Of a stretch of DNA of 64,000 nt, positions 38,734-50,237 are shown piece by piece. Positions within the stretch are counted from its first letter, which is position 1. The number at the start of each line of letters is the position of its first letter. Origin of the DNA: Podarcis cretensis (taxonomy: Eukaryota); contig OX638153.1 in assembly GCA_951804945.1 (NCBI GenBank), forward strand, positions 67,146,001 through 67,210,000, given 5' to 3'. The notes beneath the pieces were generated by a model. The model was given only the letters and a program-made list of their open reading frames with translations. It searched no databases and had not been told where the DNA came from. A program made the position numbers and the translations under genes.

Positions 38734-40399
38734 ATCATGAGTTTCTTATTGAGACTCAGATGTTCTGACTAGGACAGCCCCACCCAGCCACAGCAAGCTG
38801 ACCCAATCTAATGCACATCCCTAATTCTGACCAGTGACACCCATTCTAGCATTTTAGAAATACCATGATAAAATAAATGCAATTCTATTATTCATCTGCT
38901 TTGTGTAAGAGAAATAAACATCCCATTGTATGACGGTACTTTACTCAAATGTCTGCAATTGGTTTCCTCTCAGTTACTTCCATCCCTACTTTACGTCTGC
39001 TATTGTTTTAAAACACTACTTTCCCCCTCTCAGTGTTTCTCTCTTCTTACTCCCATGCCATAAACGTTTCTCCATTTTCTCTCCCCTACCTCAACCTTAC
39101 TTTATGCAGTTCCGGGATTGTGATGTGGCACTGCAAATCATCCAGGAGTGATGACAGCCTTGCATTTTTATGTACATAGAAAGAAGATTATGATGCAGAT
39201 AGGACAGAACATGTCTTGATTCTTTTACACCAATTATACATATAATTTACACGTGTATAATTTTGATGACAGTGCATGATTGCCTCAGACATAAGTGAGT
39301 GTTTAATTTAAAAAACTCAAGTGCGAGCGAAGCTCAATTCAATTAGAACTGTCAAATTCCATGTATAATTCCATTTAAAATGGACTCTTCTTCCCTCCCT
39401 AGACAGGGAAGAGAACAATCAAAAAATTAAAAAACAAAACAAAACCAGATGGAGAATATTACATCAGTGCTCCAGCATCTGTAAGCTCCCTTGTCTTCCA
39501 TGCAGAATTGAAAGTTTTGACTTTAAAGCCCCAAAAGTTTTAAGATTAACATGCAATAGAGATCAAATGCTTCTATGTGTCCTGTCACAATCTCCTAAAA
39601 TCCAGGGCCGAGATCATCAAGAATACCCTCTGAATGATACCTTTGAATGATATTGAGCTAACTTTGGGGAGTTTGAGTTAGGCCTGATGAGCTGTTGGAG
39701 ACTCCCCCCCCCCCCTTTAATCCAATTTATTTTTATTCCGTGTAAATGTAGTCTCTAAGCAGGACCTGGAGTGAACCAGCATGGATTTAAGGTGTATAGG
39801 CAAAGTCAAAGAGAGAGACTGCATGCTAGCTTGACTCAGGAGCAGAATACTCTTAAGTGGAGCTACCACTCGCTCTCCTCCACGGCCATCTCCTTTTGGT
39901 TTTGCTCTACACAGTTCAAAAGCTTTACAACTGACTCTGTCCAATGCTGAAGAATGTTTATACATCTACTGGGAATAGAGCAGCTAGATTGCTGAGGCTG
40001 ATGACATAATTATGTCAACCACAAAGAATTCTGGGATTACAGCTGTAAAGAAATCGGTCTGAAACCCTTTCTGAGAACATTCAATTTGGATGGGTGGAAG
40101 AACTAATGACTCCATTAAAACAGAAGTAATGCCGTCTATATATAAACTTGCTTATGTAGGATTTAAGGAAGCAAACAAACAATGCTGTTATTTGGAGTCA
40201 GTGTTTCGTGACCATCAGCTAGGCTGGAAAACTTGTCTCCAAGTCTGTCAACACAAAAATGTTAACAGCAGTAAATTTACCACTTGAAAAGCAAAGCAAA
40301 AGAAATGCCAAGGAATGATAACATAGCATCTATATCTAGGGAGGTTCTGCTTTTTTGGAAAAAGTGGATCACTGGAATTCCTACAGTGGGCCCCACAAG

Positions 40400-40640
40400 T
40401 ACTGTGTTCATTCTGCCCATTCAGCTCCTACTTTGCTTTCCTTCTTAATCCCATCTCTAGTGGTTTTAACCTGTAAAATACCTGTCAATCTTCATTCAAA
40501 CTCTGTGAGCTAAATCATTGTTATTATAGACTGAAGTGAAGCAATGAATTGCCAATGGCGGCCCAGTGAACTAGAGGCTGAGCAGGGATATGAAGCCCAT
40601 CTACAGACACAAACTCTGTCCCATGAACTACACTCTCGCT
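40400..40640 (-). mobile_element. Old MIR/CORE-like SINE remnant
   Basis: aatcttcattcaaactctgtgag...aattgccaatggcggcccagtgaac...tgaactacac pattern; highly degenerate. Confidence 0.4.
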
Positions 40641-40733
40641 GATTCTTTCCTTGTTCCTCTGCCTAGAAATTAGTCACTGTCTCGTGACTGAATCAGGAGA
40701 GGCAACAACTGTCTTTCTTGCTGGACCCATATC

Positions 40734-40922
40734 CATAGCTGTCAGCTTTCAGATTTGAAAATAAGGGAGTAGCAGCCTCGAAAATAAGGGATCAGCATCC
40801 TCACCTGTCCCAGGGACAGTCTACGGGATATCTAACAATCCGGGATAGCAGCAGGAAGCATCGGGAAACGGCGCTGGAATAAGGGAATTTCCCGCAAAAA
40901 AAAGGGAAGTTTGACAGCTATG
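40734..40922. mobile_element. hAT MITE (non-Charlie TIR)
   Basis: TIRs catagctgtca / tgacagctatg; TSD cccatatc / cccataac; repeated internal aataaggga motifs. Confidence 0.8.
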
Positions 40923-43339
40923 CCCATAACTGCCATGCTTTACTCAGGTGTTCATAATCTTGAGGTCAGACCACTGTCAGACATTGTAGACAAAGTTGTC
41001 CCTGAAGACCGAACTAGCATGGAACATCCCAGCTAGTTGTTGGTATTCCCAAAATGTAACCCCGTACAGCCTTCTTTGTACAAGCCAAGGTACAGCAGCT
41101 TCATCCATAGCTTCATCCTTAAGATCAACAAAGCCCTCTAGGCTACCCTACTTGGCTCTCAAGACTCTCCTCAGGTGGCAACTCTCCTGCTCCATGCCCT
41201 CTCTGAGAACTTCTGCTTGGCTGGAATGTATCCTTGAACTGTGATAAGGCCTGGATGGAGAGGGATGTGTGGAGAAATGTCTGATTCTCAGGAGGCTGCA
41301 ATGTAGAAAGGTAAGAGTTTCCCCTGTTGCCCCACCTAATTTTACCTCTGGCCTCACCCGCTACTGCCATATGGCCCCCCAAAACATTGCCTGTTCTTCA
41401 TAGCCCATCGCAGAATTCCAAGATTGTTTTGGATTATCATTGTTTGCCTGGTTAAAGCAATCATTTCAAGAACATCTCCTATTAGGTGGTAGAGAAACCT
41501 GAAGCCAGACCCTGAGCATTTGCTACACTCTTTCCTCTGGGCCTGTGACTCCCTATTTTCTATTTCAAAGTGAATGCCTCTCTCCTTTCCACTGCAACGA
41601 CTTGTCTAAAGGGATCGAGTCTTCTTACATTCCCTTGTCTCATACTTGGTTTGTCTGTCCTCAGATCCCTCCACCCCAAACAGCTGGTCGTTCCACACAC
41701 TTTATTGGAGTGCAGCTTGCTATTCAACTAAAAGGCAGCTGGAAATATTTTATATAGTGGGTGTTGTTTGTGGTGGAGGGGGGTGGAGAGTGATAGAGAG
41801 ATTCTTGTTCTTCAGACATTGCCTTGATTTGTGCTTAAATCAGACAATAATGCGAACTGGTCAGAAGACACGAACTAGTTTTTCTTTTTTACATTATTTC
41901 CCACATTATCAACATTTTTACACATGCCACAGCTTACATGAGAAGGGCTCAAATGCACTTTGAAATGCGAAAATGGTCTTATTAGTTTAGTGGGGGGGGG
42001 GAATTGTCATCCATTCCTGAGCCTTTGGGAAAGGGCAAGATAATAAAACAATAGAACAAATGAAAAAAGGTGGACTAAGGTGTGTACTGCCGCAGAATAA
42101 AAAAACGAGGTGAGACACTATAACTCCATAGCACAGAGGAAGAGAAGCAAAAGTCTCAAAAAGTGATGGCAAGGGTCAACAAGCTAAGTCAACCTATCTG
42201 GCACCACAGAGCATGGGGGATTTCTTCCAGTAGGACACACAAATTAAGATTCTAGCCGACGAAACATAAAATAATGGCTGTGATTGCTGAGGCTGCAGAC
42301 TGTAGAGGACCTACATTAGCTGAAGTAGTTGGGTAGAAGCCAGTGTCATTGAACAAATGGCACGGCACACTAAAGAAATGCACTGAGCCCAAGAGTGGTT
42401 TAATATCTTAATGGCAACCTTTCACACATACCACAAGCAGGTATTAAAACAATCTCCCTTGACTTCAATGGGAAAGATATTTCTGCAGTTCAACATAAAG
42501 CGCGTCTCCCCTTTTCCCCCCTTTGCCTGCAAGTGTGGTGAGCACTTCTGCTAAGTACAGTAAATGCTTTACTTAACCTTTTTCCCCAACAAAGTAAAAA
42601 TAGCCAACTTTCCATTATTCACTGCCAAGTTCTCAATTAGCAAAAAATGAATTCTTTATGTTAATGCATAGCCTTTGCCTAGCTATTTCAAAAATGTTAA
42701 CTGTTTCCTAAAAAGTGAGCACGGCTGTTAATGAAAGCTGCCTCAGGGTAAATGAAAGCTACCAGCCTGGGTTGTTTTCTTTATTTGAAGATATTTTCCA
42801 TAACTACCATATTTCTTGTTGAATTATACCAGGTGCACAGTTGGTTGCAAAAGTGGATTTCATGGAAGAAAGGCACACAATTCCTGAAGCAGGAATGGAA
42901 ATAAATTAAAATACTTCTGAAAGATAATATATTTTAAAATATATTTTTTTAAAAAAAATGCTGAAACTGAATAGAAGGGAATTATGTGTAAAGACATGGG
43001 GAAATGGCTTAAATGGACAGATCTGCTCATCTCTTAATTTAACTTGAATGTTAAACCAACTATTCTATTCTGTGAGTACCAGTTTTTTCAGAACCAGACA
43101 GATTATGTCTTGGATTCTGCCAGCTAAAAGCTGTAAAATTATTTGGTCACAGTGACGAGCTGTTCAAGGCATACTCTCCAAGCCATGGCATAGGAAAAAG
43201 GCTGCCTCTCCTTGCTCCTGTGAGCTCTCAGAATGTGACAAGCTTCTTGGCTAGCTAGATGAAGCCACCATCATGAGCTGAATTTAGCTTTTGACTCATC
43301 ACTGCAAAGCAGCCTCGGTTAGAAATGAATTGCAGATTT

Positions 43340-43456
43340 ATAGATTGTAGAATTGAAAGGGACCAAGAGGGTCATCTAGTCCAACACCCTGCAATGCTTG
43401 AACCCACGACCCTGAGATTATGAGTCTCATGCTCTATCATCTGTGCTATCCCAGGC
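43340..43456 (-). mobile_element. SINE with tRNA-Lys-like head and CR1-type tail
   Basis: Minus strand gcctgggatagcacagatgatagagcatgagactcataatctcagggtcgtgggttcaag (tRNA-Lys CTT-like), then cattgcagggtgttggactagatgaccctc...ccctttcaattctacaatctat. Confidence 0.72.
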
Positions 43457-43596
43457 TAATGCTTTTCTAAAGTATTAATTCAGAGGGCTGTATCAAATTC
43501 TGACCTTGGATCTTTGTGTACAGCAGTGGACATGAGTGGGTGAGCCCTGAGTCCAACAGATAACATAAACATTGGGTCTAATGCACTAAGTTATGA

Positions 43597-43867
43597 GTAT
43601 TAAGAAGTGCCCTACAGGATCAAACCCAAGACCTATCTGTTCCAGCACTGGGATTCCTACAATGGCCAACCAGAAGGGTCTGGGAAGCCCACAGCAGGCT
43701 GTGAGGTGAACAGTACTTGCACAGTGTTGCTCCTGAACAATTGATGTCCCTGGAGAATATAGCCATCAATATCCAATGATAGCATTCTTAACTGTGAGTT
43801 TGTTTTAAACTCATCTGTGTTGGTGATCAACGCCACATCTGGTGGCAGAGATTGCCAAAGTTTAACC

Positions 43868-43905
<38 letters not shown>

Positions 43906-43930
43906 ACTTCATTTTGTGTGTCATGAATCA
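43597..43930 (-). mobile_element. Degenerate CR1 LINE 3' end containing (TG)n(AG)n
   Basis: Similar to 34495-34765 (ggatcaaacccaagacctatctgttccagcac...tggccaaccagaag). Confidence 0.55.
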
Positions 43931-44105
43931 AAGTTAACAGTTAACTGAAGCTAACTAGGATAATTTAAAATTTGTTCGGGGCTCAGTCCGCCCCTAACCC
44001 ATTAGATCAGAGGTAGGCAATATTTTTAGTTTCCACCTTGTGGGCCAACTTTGAGCCAGCTGCAGTTGGGGCTGAGGCTTTTAAAATAAGATTAAATCTC
44101 AGTCT

Positions 44106-44295
44106 ATTATAGTGTGGCGGCTGGAGTGCCAGACTAGGATTTGTGATACCCAGCTTCAGATCCTCACTCAGCCACAAAGAACGCTGAGTGACCATGGCCT
44201 CAACCATTCAGCTGCGGCCGCCTCACATATACAGAAGAACCATGTATGATACCGTGACTTCTTTGGAAGAAAGGTAGGATAATAATACACTAAAT
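44106..44295 (+). mobile_element. Old MIR/Squam3-like SINE remnant
   Basis: tagtgtggcggctggagtgccagactagga...cagcttcagatcctcactcagcca...gtgaccatgg...gaagaaaggtaggataat. Confidence 0.5.
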
Positions 44296-44440
44296 AAATA
44301 CATATTGGTAGTATCTGTAGTATACTCTTTGCAAACTACAGTGAGGGTTTTTTTTATGAAAAGAAACAATGAAGCAGTGTATAGATATTATGAAATAAAT
44401 AGGCTCTCTCTCAGAACTAGGAAATAGTTACATTTGACAT

Positions 44441-44577
44441 GTCAAGTGGTGCAAAAGTCACTGTGTCTGGCTGTTAACCAGAAGGTTCGTGGTTTGAGTC
44501 CTCCCAGGGCAGGATTCTTGCATTGCAGGGGGTTAGACTAGATGACCCTCGGGGTTCCTTCCAACTCTATGATTCTC
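44441..44577 (+). mobile_element. SINE with tRNA-Asn-like head and CR1-type tail
   Basis: gtggtgcaa...ggctgttaaccagaaggttcgtggtttgagtcctcccaggg (tRNA-Asn GTT-like), then cattgcagggggttagactagatgaccctcggggttccttccaactctatgattct. Confidence 0.72.
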
Positions 44578-46198
44578 TTACTTCTATCGTTGTTCTTTCA
44601 GCTGCAAGTCTATAGTAGAATATTGTCTATAGTAAAATATCATCCAGGTAGACCAACGGCAGTTTCCATCTTAATTTCTTTCTCTATCCCTTTGAGTCTT
44701 TTCCATACCCCAAACCAACAGAATAACCAAAGTTATGCAATGAAATTACCCTGTCCAAAGCCATGTGATTTATTTTTCTTTGCATTCTTCCAGATTAGCC
44801 TGATCCTTGTTTTGAGTCCAGTTGCCATGTTGCTATGTTGACAGTCATGCTGCGCTTCATGTAAGAATAGCCAGCTGCCTCCTATAATTTCTGACCTATA
44901 CTTCAATCTTTCAAATAGGACTTTTCGGTTTTTGGGCTCATGTATTATATATTGGCAATGTGGTTTTAAAAACAACAAGAGCATGGTGGGGGAAAAAATG
45001 AATATTGCACTGGAACAGTCTTATTCCTCAGGTAAAAATATTCCATAGAGCAAAAGTACATTTTCTATTTTGAGTGCTATTCTCATTTCCAAAACTGAGT
45101 TTCTGAAATATTGATAGCTGGAATTAAAAGAAAGTGTTTCACCTAAAAAACTTTGTGCAAATGTCTTAAATGGTGGGGGGAGGGGGAGGTGAATCACGCA
45201 TGGAACAATCCCTCAGTGTGCCAATGGAAAGTTCTGGAAGTAAATTCAACAAATTCAACAATTCAACAAATTTGTCCTGTTAGTGCAAGGGCTTCTGCTT
45301 CTGTGATGGAACTTCCCCCCTTTCTCCTCCCTTTACACACCCCAAATCTGTTCTGGGTTTCCCAAAACAGTCTGGAGCAGATTTGGGAAGGGCACAAAGG
45401 ATGCACAGGAAGAGGAGAGAGAAAAATAGTTTCATTACACAAGGAGAAGCCCTTGTGCTGATGGGAGAACACCTTGGATGCAACCCAAGGGATCTACTTT
45501 AAGTAAAGTAGTGACTGGTGCTAGATATGAGTTTCTATTAGAGCTGTCAGCACACATTTTATCTATTCATCTGCCGTAAAAACAATTTAGCAAATAAATA
45601 ACTTTGTATATTGCATGTTTTTATATTGTAAACCTCCCTGTGAACTTTGGATGAAGAATGTTATATTACCAATATCTCATTGTAAGCGCCTTTTTACATA
45701 TACTGAAGGAAATGCAAAATATCTTAACATTTAATATACAAAAGCTACTACTAATTGCTAGAAGAAATATTATTGTATTTGTCATTCTCCATCACAGTGA
45801 AACACTAGAAGCAAAAGAGAGAGCTCGACAATTACATAATCACGCACTTAACATCAAGCTCATTGATTAATATCCTGCTGCTCATGGTCACTTGATATTT
45901 TACTATTCACTTTATTGTTGATGGTTGACTTTTTCTTAAACTATTGTTCATGAGGTCATTAGGATGTGATTATAGGGGGTTAATATTTTTGTCTGCCATT
46001 ATGTTTGTGTTTTTAGTATTGTAAAATATATTTTATATTTGTGTATGTGTGTGTAGTGTGTGTGTGGGGGGGGGTATTTATTTTGTAAATGAAAAGCGGT
46101 ATTAAAAATATATATGATCCATCAATCAAATCTAGGCCTTCCTTGATTATCTCACTGAACTCCAGTTTTTTCTGTGGAACTATAATGACTACTGCTGT

Positions 46199-46561
46199 GG
46201 GACGTGGGTGGCGCTGTGGGTTAAACCACAGAGCCTAGGACTTGCCGATCAGAAGGTCGGTGGTTCGAATCCCCGTGACAGGGTGAGCGCCCGTTGTTCA
46301 GTCCCAGCTCCTGCCAACCTAGCAGTTCGAAAGCACGTCAAAGTGCAAGTAGATAAATAGGTACCGCTTTATAGCGGGAAGGTAAACGGCGTTTCCGTGT
46401 GCTGCTCTGGTTCGCCAGAAGCAGCTTAGTCATGCTGGCCACATGACCTGGAAGCTGTCTGCGGACAAACGCCGGCTCCCTCGGCCAATAAAGCGAGATG
46501 AGCGCCACAACCCCAGAGTCGGTCACGACTGGACCTAATGGTCAGGGGTCCCTTTACCTTT
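46199..46561 (+). mobile_element. Sauria SINE, subfamily A
   Basis: Full-length; perfect 15-bp TSD actataatgactact (46179-46193 and 46562-46576), with a 5-nt 5' extra (gctgt). Confidence 0.92.
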
Positions 46562-46822
46562 ACTATAATGACTACTAACATTCTGATTTACACATACTCC
46601 TCCTCAAGAAGTCTCTTCATTTCCTTTTGAAAGATTCCTCCTTGTGAGCTTTTTATCAGTTGCCTAATATCGATAAGCATGTGAGAAAGGAAAAAGGAAG
46701 AAGGCCCCCTCAACAACTGATATTTGTACAAGCAGTAGTAAACAATAGTTAGAGACAATACACACACCAAAGGTTAAAAGTAGCAGCAGGAAGTTGAAAA
46801 CAAATCTGAACACAATACTTAC

Positions 46823-47517
46823 AGTTGCAGACAGGTGGGGTCCATTCAGCTGGGCATGCAAGATGGCGTCATTGATTGAATTCCGGATACCCAAAAGTGC
46901 CGCTTCTAGATCATGCGATCCAGCCATTTCGTTAGTGAGATACTCCAGGGTATAGATATATTCCCTCCACTGAGAGTCCAGTTCAGATATGCTGGCAAAA
47001 CAGCCCCTCATGACATTGAGACAATATCCTTCACAGGGTCTGATCAGAGTCAGACCTTGGCAATGTGGGCAATACTGCATCTTCACTAGGGCTCTGCTGC
47101 ATTCCTTTGTCAACGTGGCATGTTCAGTAGCGTTCAGTACTTCAATGCCTATACCCAGGGCCTGATTGAATGTCCTGCTTGCCCAAAGAGACTTTTCCAA
47201 CTTTGTAACTGCTTCTTTAGAACAGAGTCCAAATGGATTTATATCTTGCCGTGTTAGCCGCAGGCACTCTGTATACTCCTCTGACAGACTAGCCATGCCT
47301 GGGTTGATTAGGCGGCTGTAAACCAAAGGGAAGAGGCTGTCGAAGAACCGGAAAAGGACACTTTCCACTGTGGTCTGAGCGCCCAAGAGGTAGAGAGAGA
47401 TGTCTGTAAAGAGCTCTTTGACAGGCTCTGCTGCTTCCTTTGACATGGATCTGTAGACAGTCTCAAACAGAGAAGTCGTATGGTTCTCAGCAAAGCGAAG
47501 CAAGGACTCAAAGGCCG
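46823..47517 (-). CDS. GPC5-like: Glypican (GPC3/GPC5 subfamily, GPC5-like), large internal coding exon equivalent to exon 3
   Basis: Acceptor is a pyrimidine tract + ttgcag before 47517; donor is ACT|gtaagt after 46823. The exon is 695 bp, phase 1 to 0. It translates to AFESLLRFAENHTT...RFFDSLFPLVY...INPG...ECSRALVKMQYCPHCQGL...PCEGYCLNVMRGC...LNGPHLSAT, which carries glypican cysteine motifs and N-glycan sequons NHT and NAT. RFFDSLFPLVY and KMQYCPHCQGL match GPC5 as recalled. Confidence 0.95.
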
Positions 47518-48112
47518 CTGCAAGAAGAAGAAAAAAGAAACCTTAAAAAGGTGAAGAGAAAAATTGGCTCCAGATCAACAACATGGATTATAAAATTATG
47601 CACTTAGTATATTATTACTCGGGTAGTTTCACATTATTGCACTCAAAGGCAGAGATCCCAATGATTTCAACTGGTTTTTCAAGATGGTTCAACAGTTCAA
47701 TGTTGAATGGTCCCAAAATCCAAAGAGCTCTACCAAAAAGAACCCCAAGAACCTCCAGAAAAACACAGATTCAAAAAACTCCATTCCCACAGAGAGCCTT
47801 GGCTTGCCCATTTTCAACTTCAGACAGGCTTTTACAACCAAGCTGTAAAATTCTGAAAATGGGGTTTATAATGGAAAGACTGACATTGTGATAACTGTAA
47901 TATCGTTAACAACACCGCTCTGCTCCAATAAAACAGTTGGTATTTGCCAAGACATCTCTATTTAATTTTTTCCCCAGTCTAAGTGAAGTCCAAAAACATT
48001 TTATTTGACAGGGGAGGAAAGCTAGCTAATCATTTAAGGCAAATATGTCAATAAAATAAAAATAAAATCCACCAAAGTCTGAGCACTCCATCATATATAA
48101 CTATCACATTCA

Positions 48113-49587
48113 ACAGGACGGCAGACTCTCTAGAGAAATCCCAGTCCAAAGAGGAGTCAGACAAGGATGCCTATTAGCCCCATTTTTATTTAACATCTAT
48201 GTTAACTCCCTGGTCACATGTTGCCGTGAAATTGAAACCCATCCCCCCGTGTTCTCTAACGGCAGAAAAGTACCAGTTTTAATGTATGCGGATGACGCTG
48301 TTCTTCTCTCTCAAACCAAAGTGGGCTTGAAACGTGCCTTAGGAAAGTTTAGTGACCAATGTAACACTGAGCTGTTAACAATTAACTTTGCCAAAACCAA
48401 AATTGTACATTTTAACCGCTCCTTCAGGAAAGATAATTGGAGCGTAAAGGGAAACGCCATTGAACAGACTAAGATCTTCCAATACCTAGGCATTACTTTC
48501 TCTTATAATGCCAAATTGTCAACACACCTGACCACATCAGCTATATCAGCAGGAAGAAGTGCAAATGCCATCCTTAGACTATTCAGAAGGAAAGGAGCTG
48601 GCTTCCTCCCGATGGCCCTTAAAGTTTTCCAGGCAAAATCTTTAGCCCAACTCCTGTATGGCTCTCAAATTAGCCCTTCTACCAACCTTAAGACCCTTGA
48701 AACAGTACAATCAAAATTCTTAAGATCATTATTTGCTACCCCAAAGTGTACACCTAATGCAGTCTTAAGGCAAGAGGCAGGACTGCCCAGAGTGGAATTA
48801 AAAGTCTGGGAGCAAGCAATATCCCTCTGGCTGAAAATCCATTACAATCCTAAGGGACTGTTACCTTACTTCCTGGCCGCAGTTCCCTATCCTCCTTGGC
48901 TTATGCAAATAACTAACAAGATCAAACAAATTGGCCTAAACCCTGAAAATCTTCTTATTGGAACTCTGAACAAGGCAAAAGTAATTATCACTCAGAGACT
49001 CTACAATGTCGAATTACAACAAGAAGACGCCCTACTCCCGGAGACGTATAGATGTTTAAAAGCTTGGTCTAATTTTGCAGCTGCCCCTTACTTAACTAAT
49101 ATCACTAACGAAGCTTATAGATGGGCTTTCTCCAGAGCCCGCTTTGAGACAATGCCCTCAGCAGTGCTGTACGGCAAATTTACGCGGGTACCAATGCATG
49201 CGCGTCTCTGCCCCTGTATGTCTAATAAGGTAGAATCTGTCACTCACATCCTTCTATTTTGCGAATTCTATAGTGAAGAACGAGTTCAACTTATTTTGCC
49301 GCTTTAATCAAAATTTATACCCCTTCAACATTATTTGGAATCCTCCCCCGAAATTCTACAAAAATACCTTCTGGAAGATTCCTCAAGCTCAATATCATAT
49401 GAGGTGGCCAAATTTTGCACTTTAGCAATCAGGAAGCGTAAATCTCTTTTGTTGAATGGCACACTGCGAAGTTCCCTTGTGTAATTTTTTTTTCTTTTCT
49501 TGATACTGTTGTTGATTTCCTTTTGTTTGATCTTGTGGTGTTCTGTGTCACTGGCTTTTGCCGCAATAAAACTTGACTTGACTTGAC
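48113..49587 (+). mobile_element. 5'-truncated non-LTR retrotransposon, RTE-X-like
   Basis: Open frame from the 5' junction: GVRQGCLLAPFLFNIYVN, YADD, FQYLG, then a C-terminal CPC..E...H..LFC zinc knuckle. AATAAA + (ACTTG)3 tail; perfect 15-bp TSD taactatcacattca (48098-48112 and 49588-49602). The clade call is from recalled architecture. Confidence 0.82.
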
Positions 49588-49896
49588 TAACTATCACATT
49601 CATCTTCCAGCTGTCATTTTCAAATATACTTAATAGAGACATGGGTTTGTTTGTTTTTTGACAGATACAAAGAAAGCATCACATTCTATGTTACAACTAA
49701 TTCTGCACCTTCAGACTGTCAACGCCAGGCATTATTTCAACCCACAGAACTTAAATAAGGATGATCCTAAATAAAGAAATGGTTAGGAACACGTGGAAGA
49801 AATGGGAGGATACCAGTGCAACGAATGGTTTACACATGTACGTAGGTAAATCAATTTATGACTGTATGTGTGAACTGTCACAGAAAGACTTGGAGT

Positions 49897-50237
49897 TAAA
49901 GACTTGTTAAGCTAAAATAACTGGAAATAGCGTCCAGATACTTAAAGGGCTTAGGATTGTATCTATGTTAACTGATAAAATAATATGTTTAATACAAGAA
50001 GGAGAAGATTTAAAGATGTTAATGTTTAATTTAAAGCGTATTAAAATTGGGATTTGGAAAACCGTTATAAGGATATGCAATAAAATTCAACTAAGGGGAA
50101 ACAAGGAAGTCGTTTTACAAAGTAAATAACTGTTATTTTCAATAAGGTTATGATTTATGTCTGTTATGTTTTGTTTGTTTTATGTTTTTGTTTGTCATTG
50201 ATATTGTAAAAACTAATAAAATTTTTGCAAAAAAAAA
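49897..50237 (+). mobile_element. 5'-truncated L1-type 3' UTR insertion
   Basis: AATAAA at 50215 plus poly(A); perfect 15-bp TSD agaaagacttggagt (49882-49896 and 50238-50252). Confidence 0.78.

Noticed and set aside
46664-46822. C-terminal extension of the 279-aa ORF (VSIVFRFVFNFLLLLL...), which looks like a transmembrane or GPI signal
   Set aside because: It lies past the consensus gtaagt donor at 46822 and is intron read-through. The true frame continues at 5933.
49413-49432. ttgcactttagcaat resembles mature miR-367; aattgcacttgt on the minus strand near 1780 resembles the miR-92 family (of note because miR-17-92 neighbours GPC5)
   Set aside because: The first is inside LINE coding sequence, and neither has a full mature match or a precursor hairpin.
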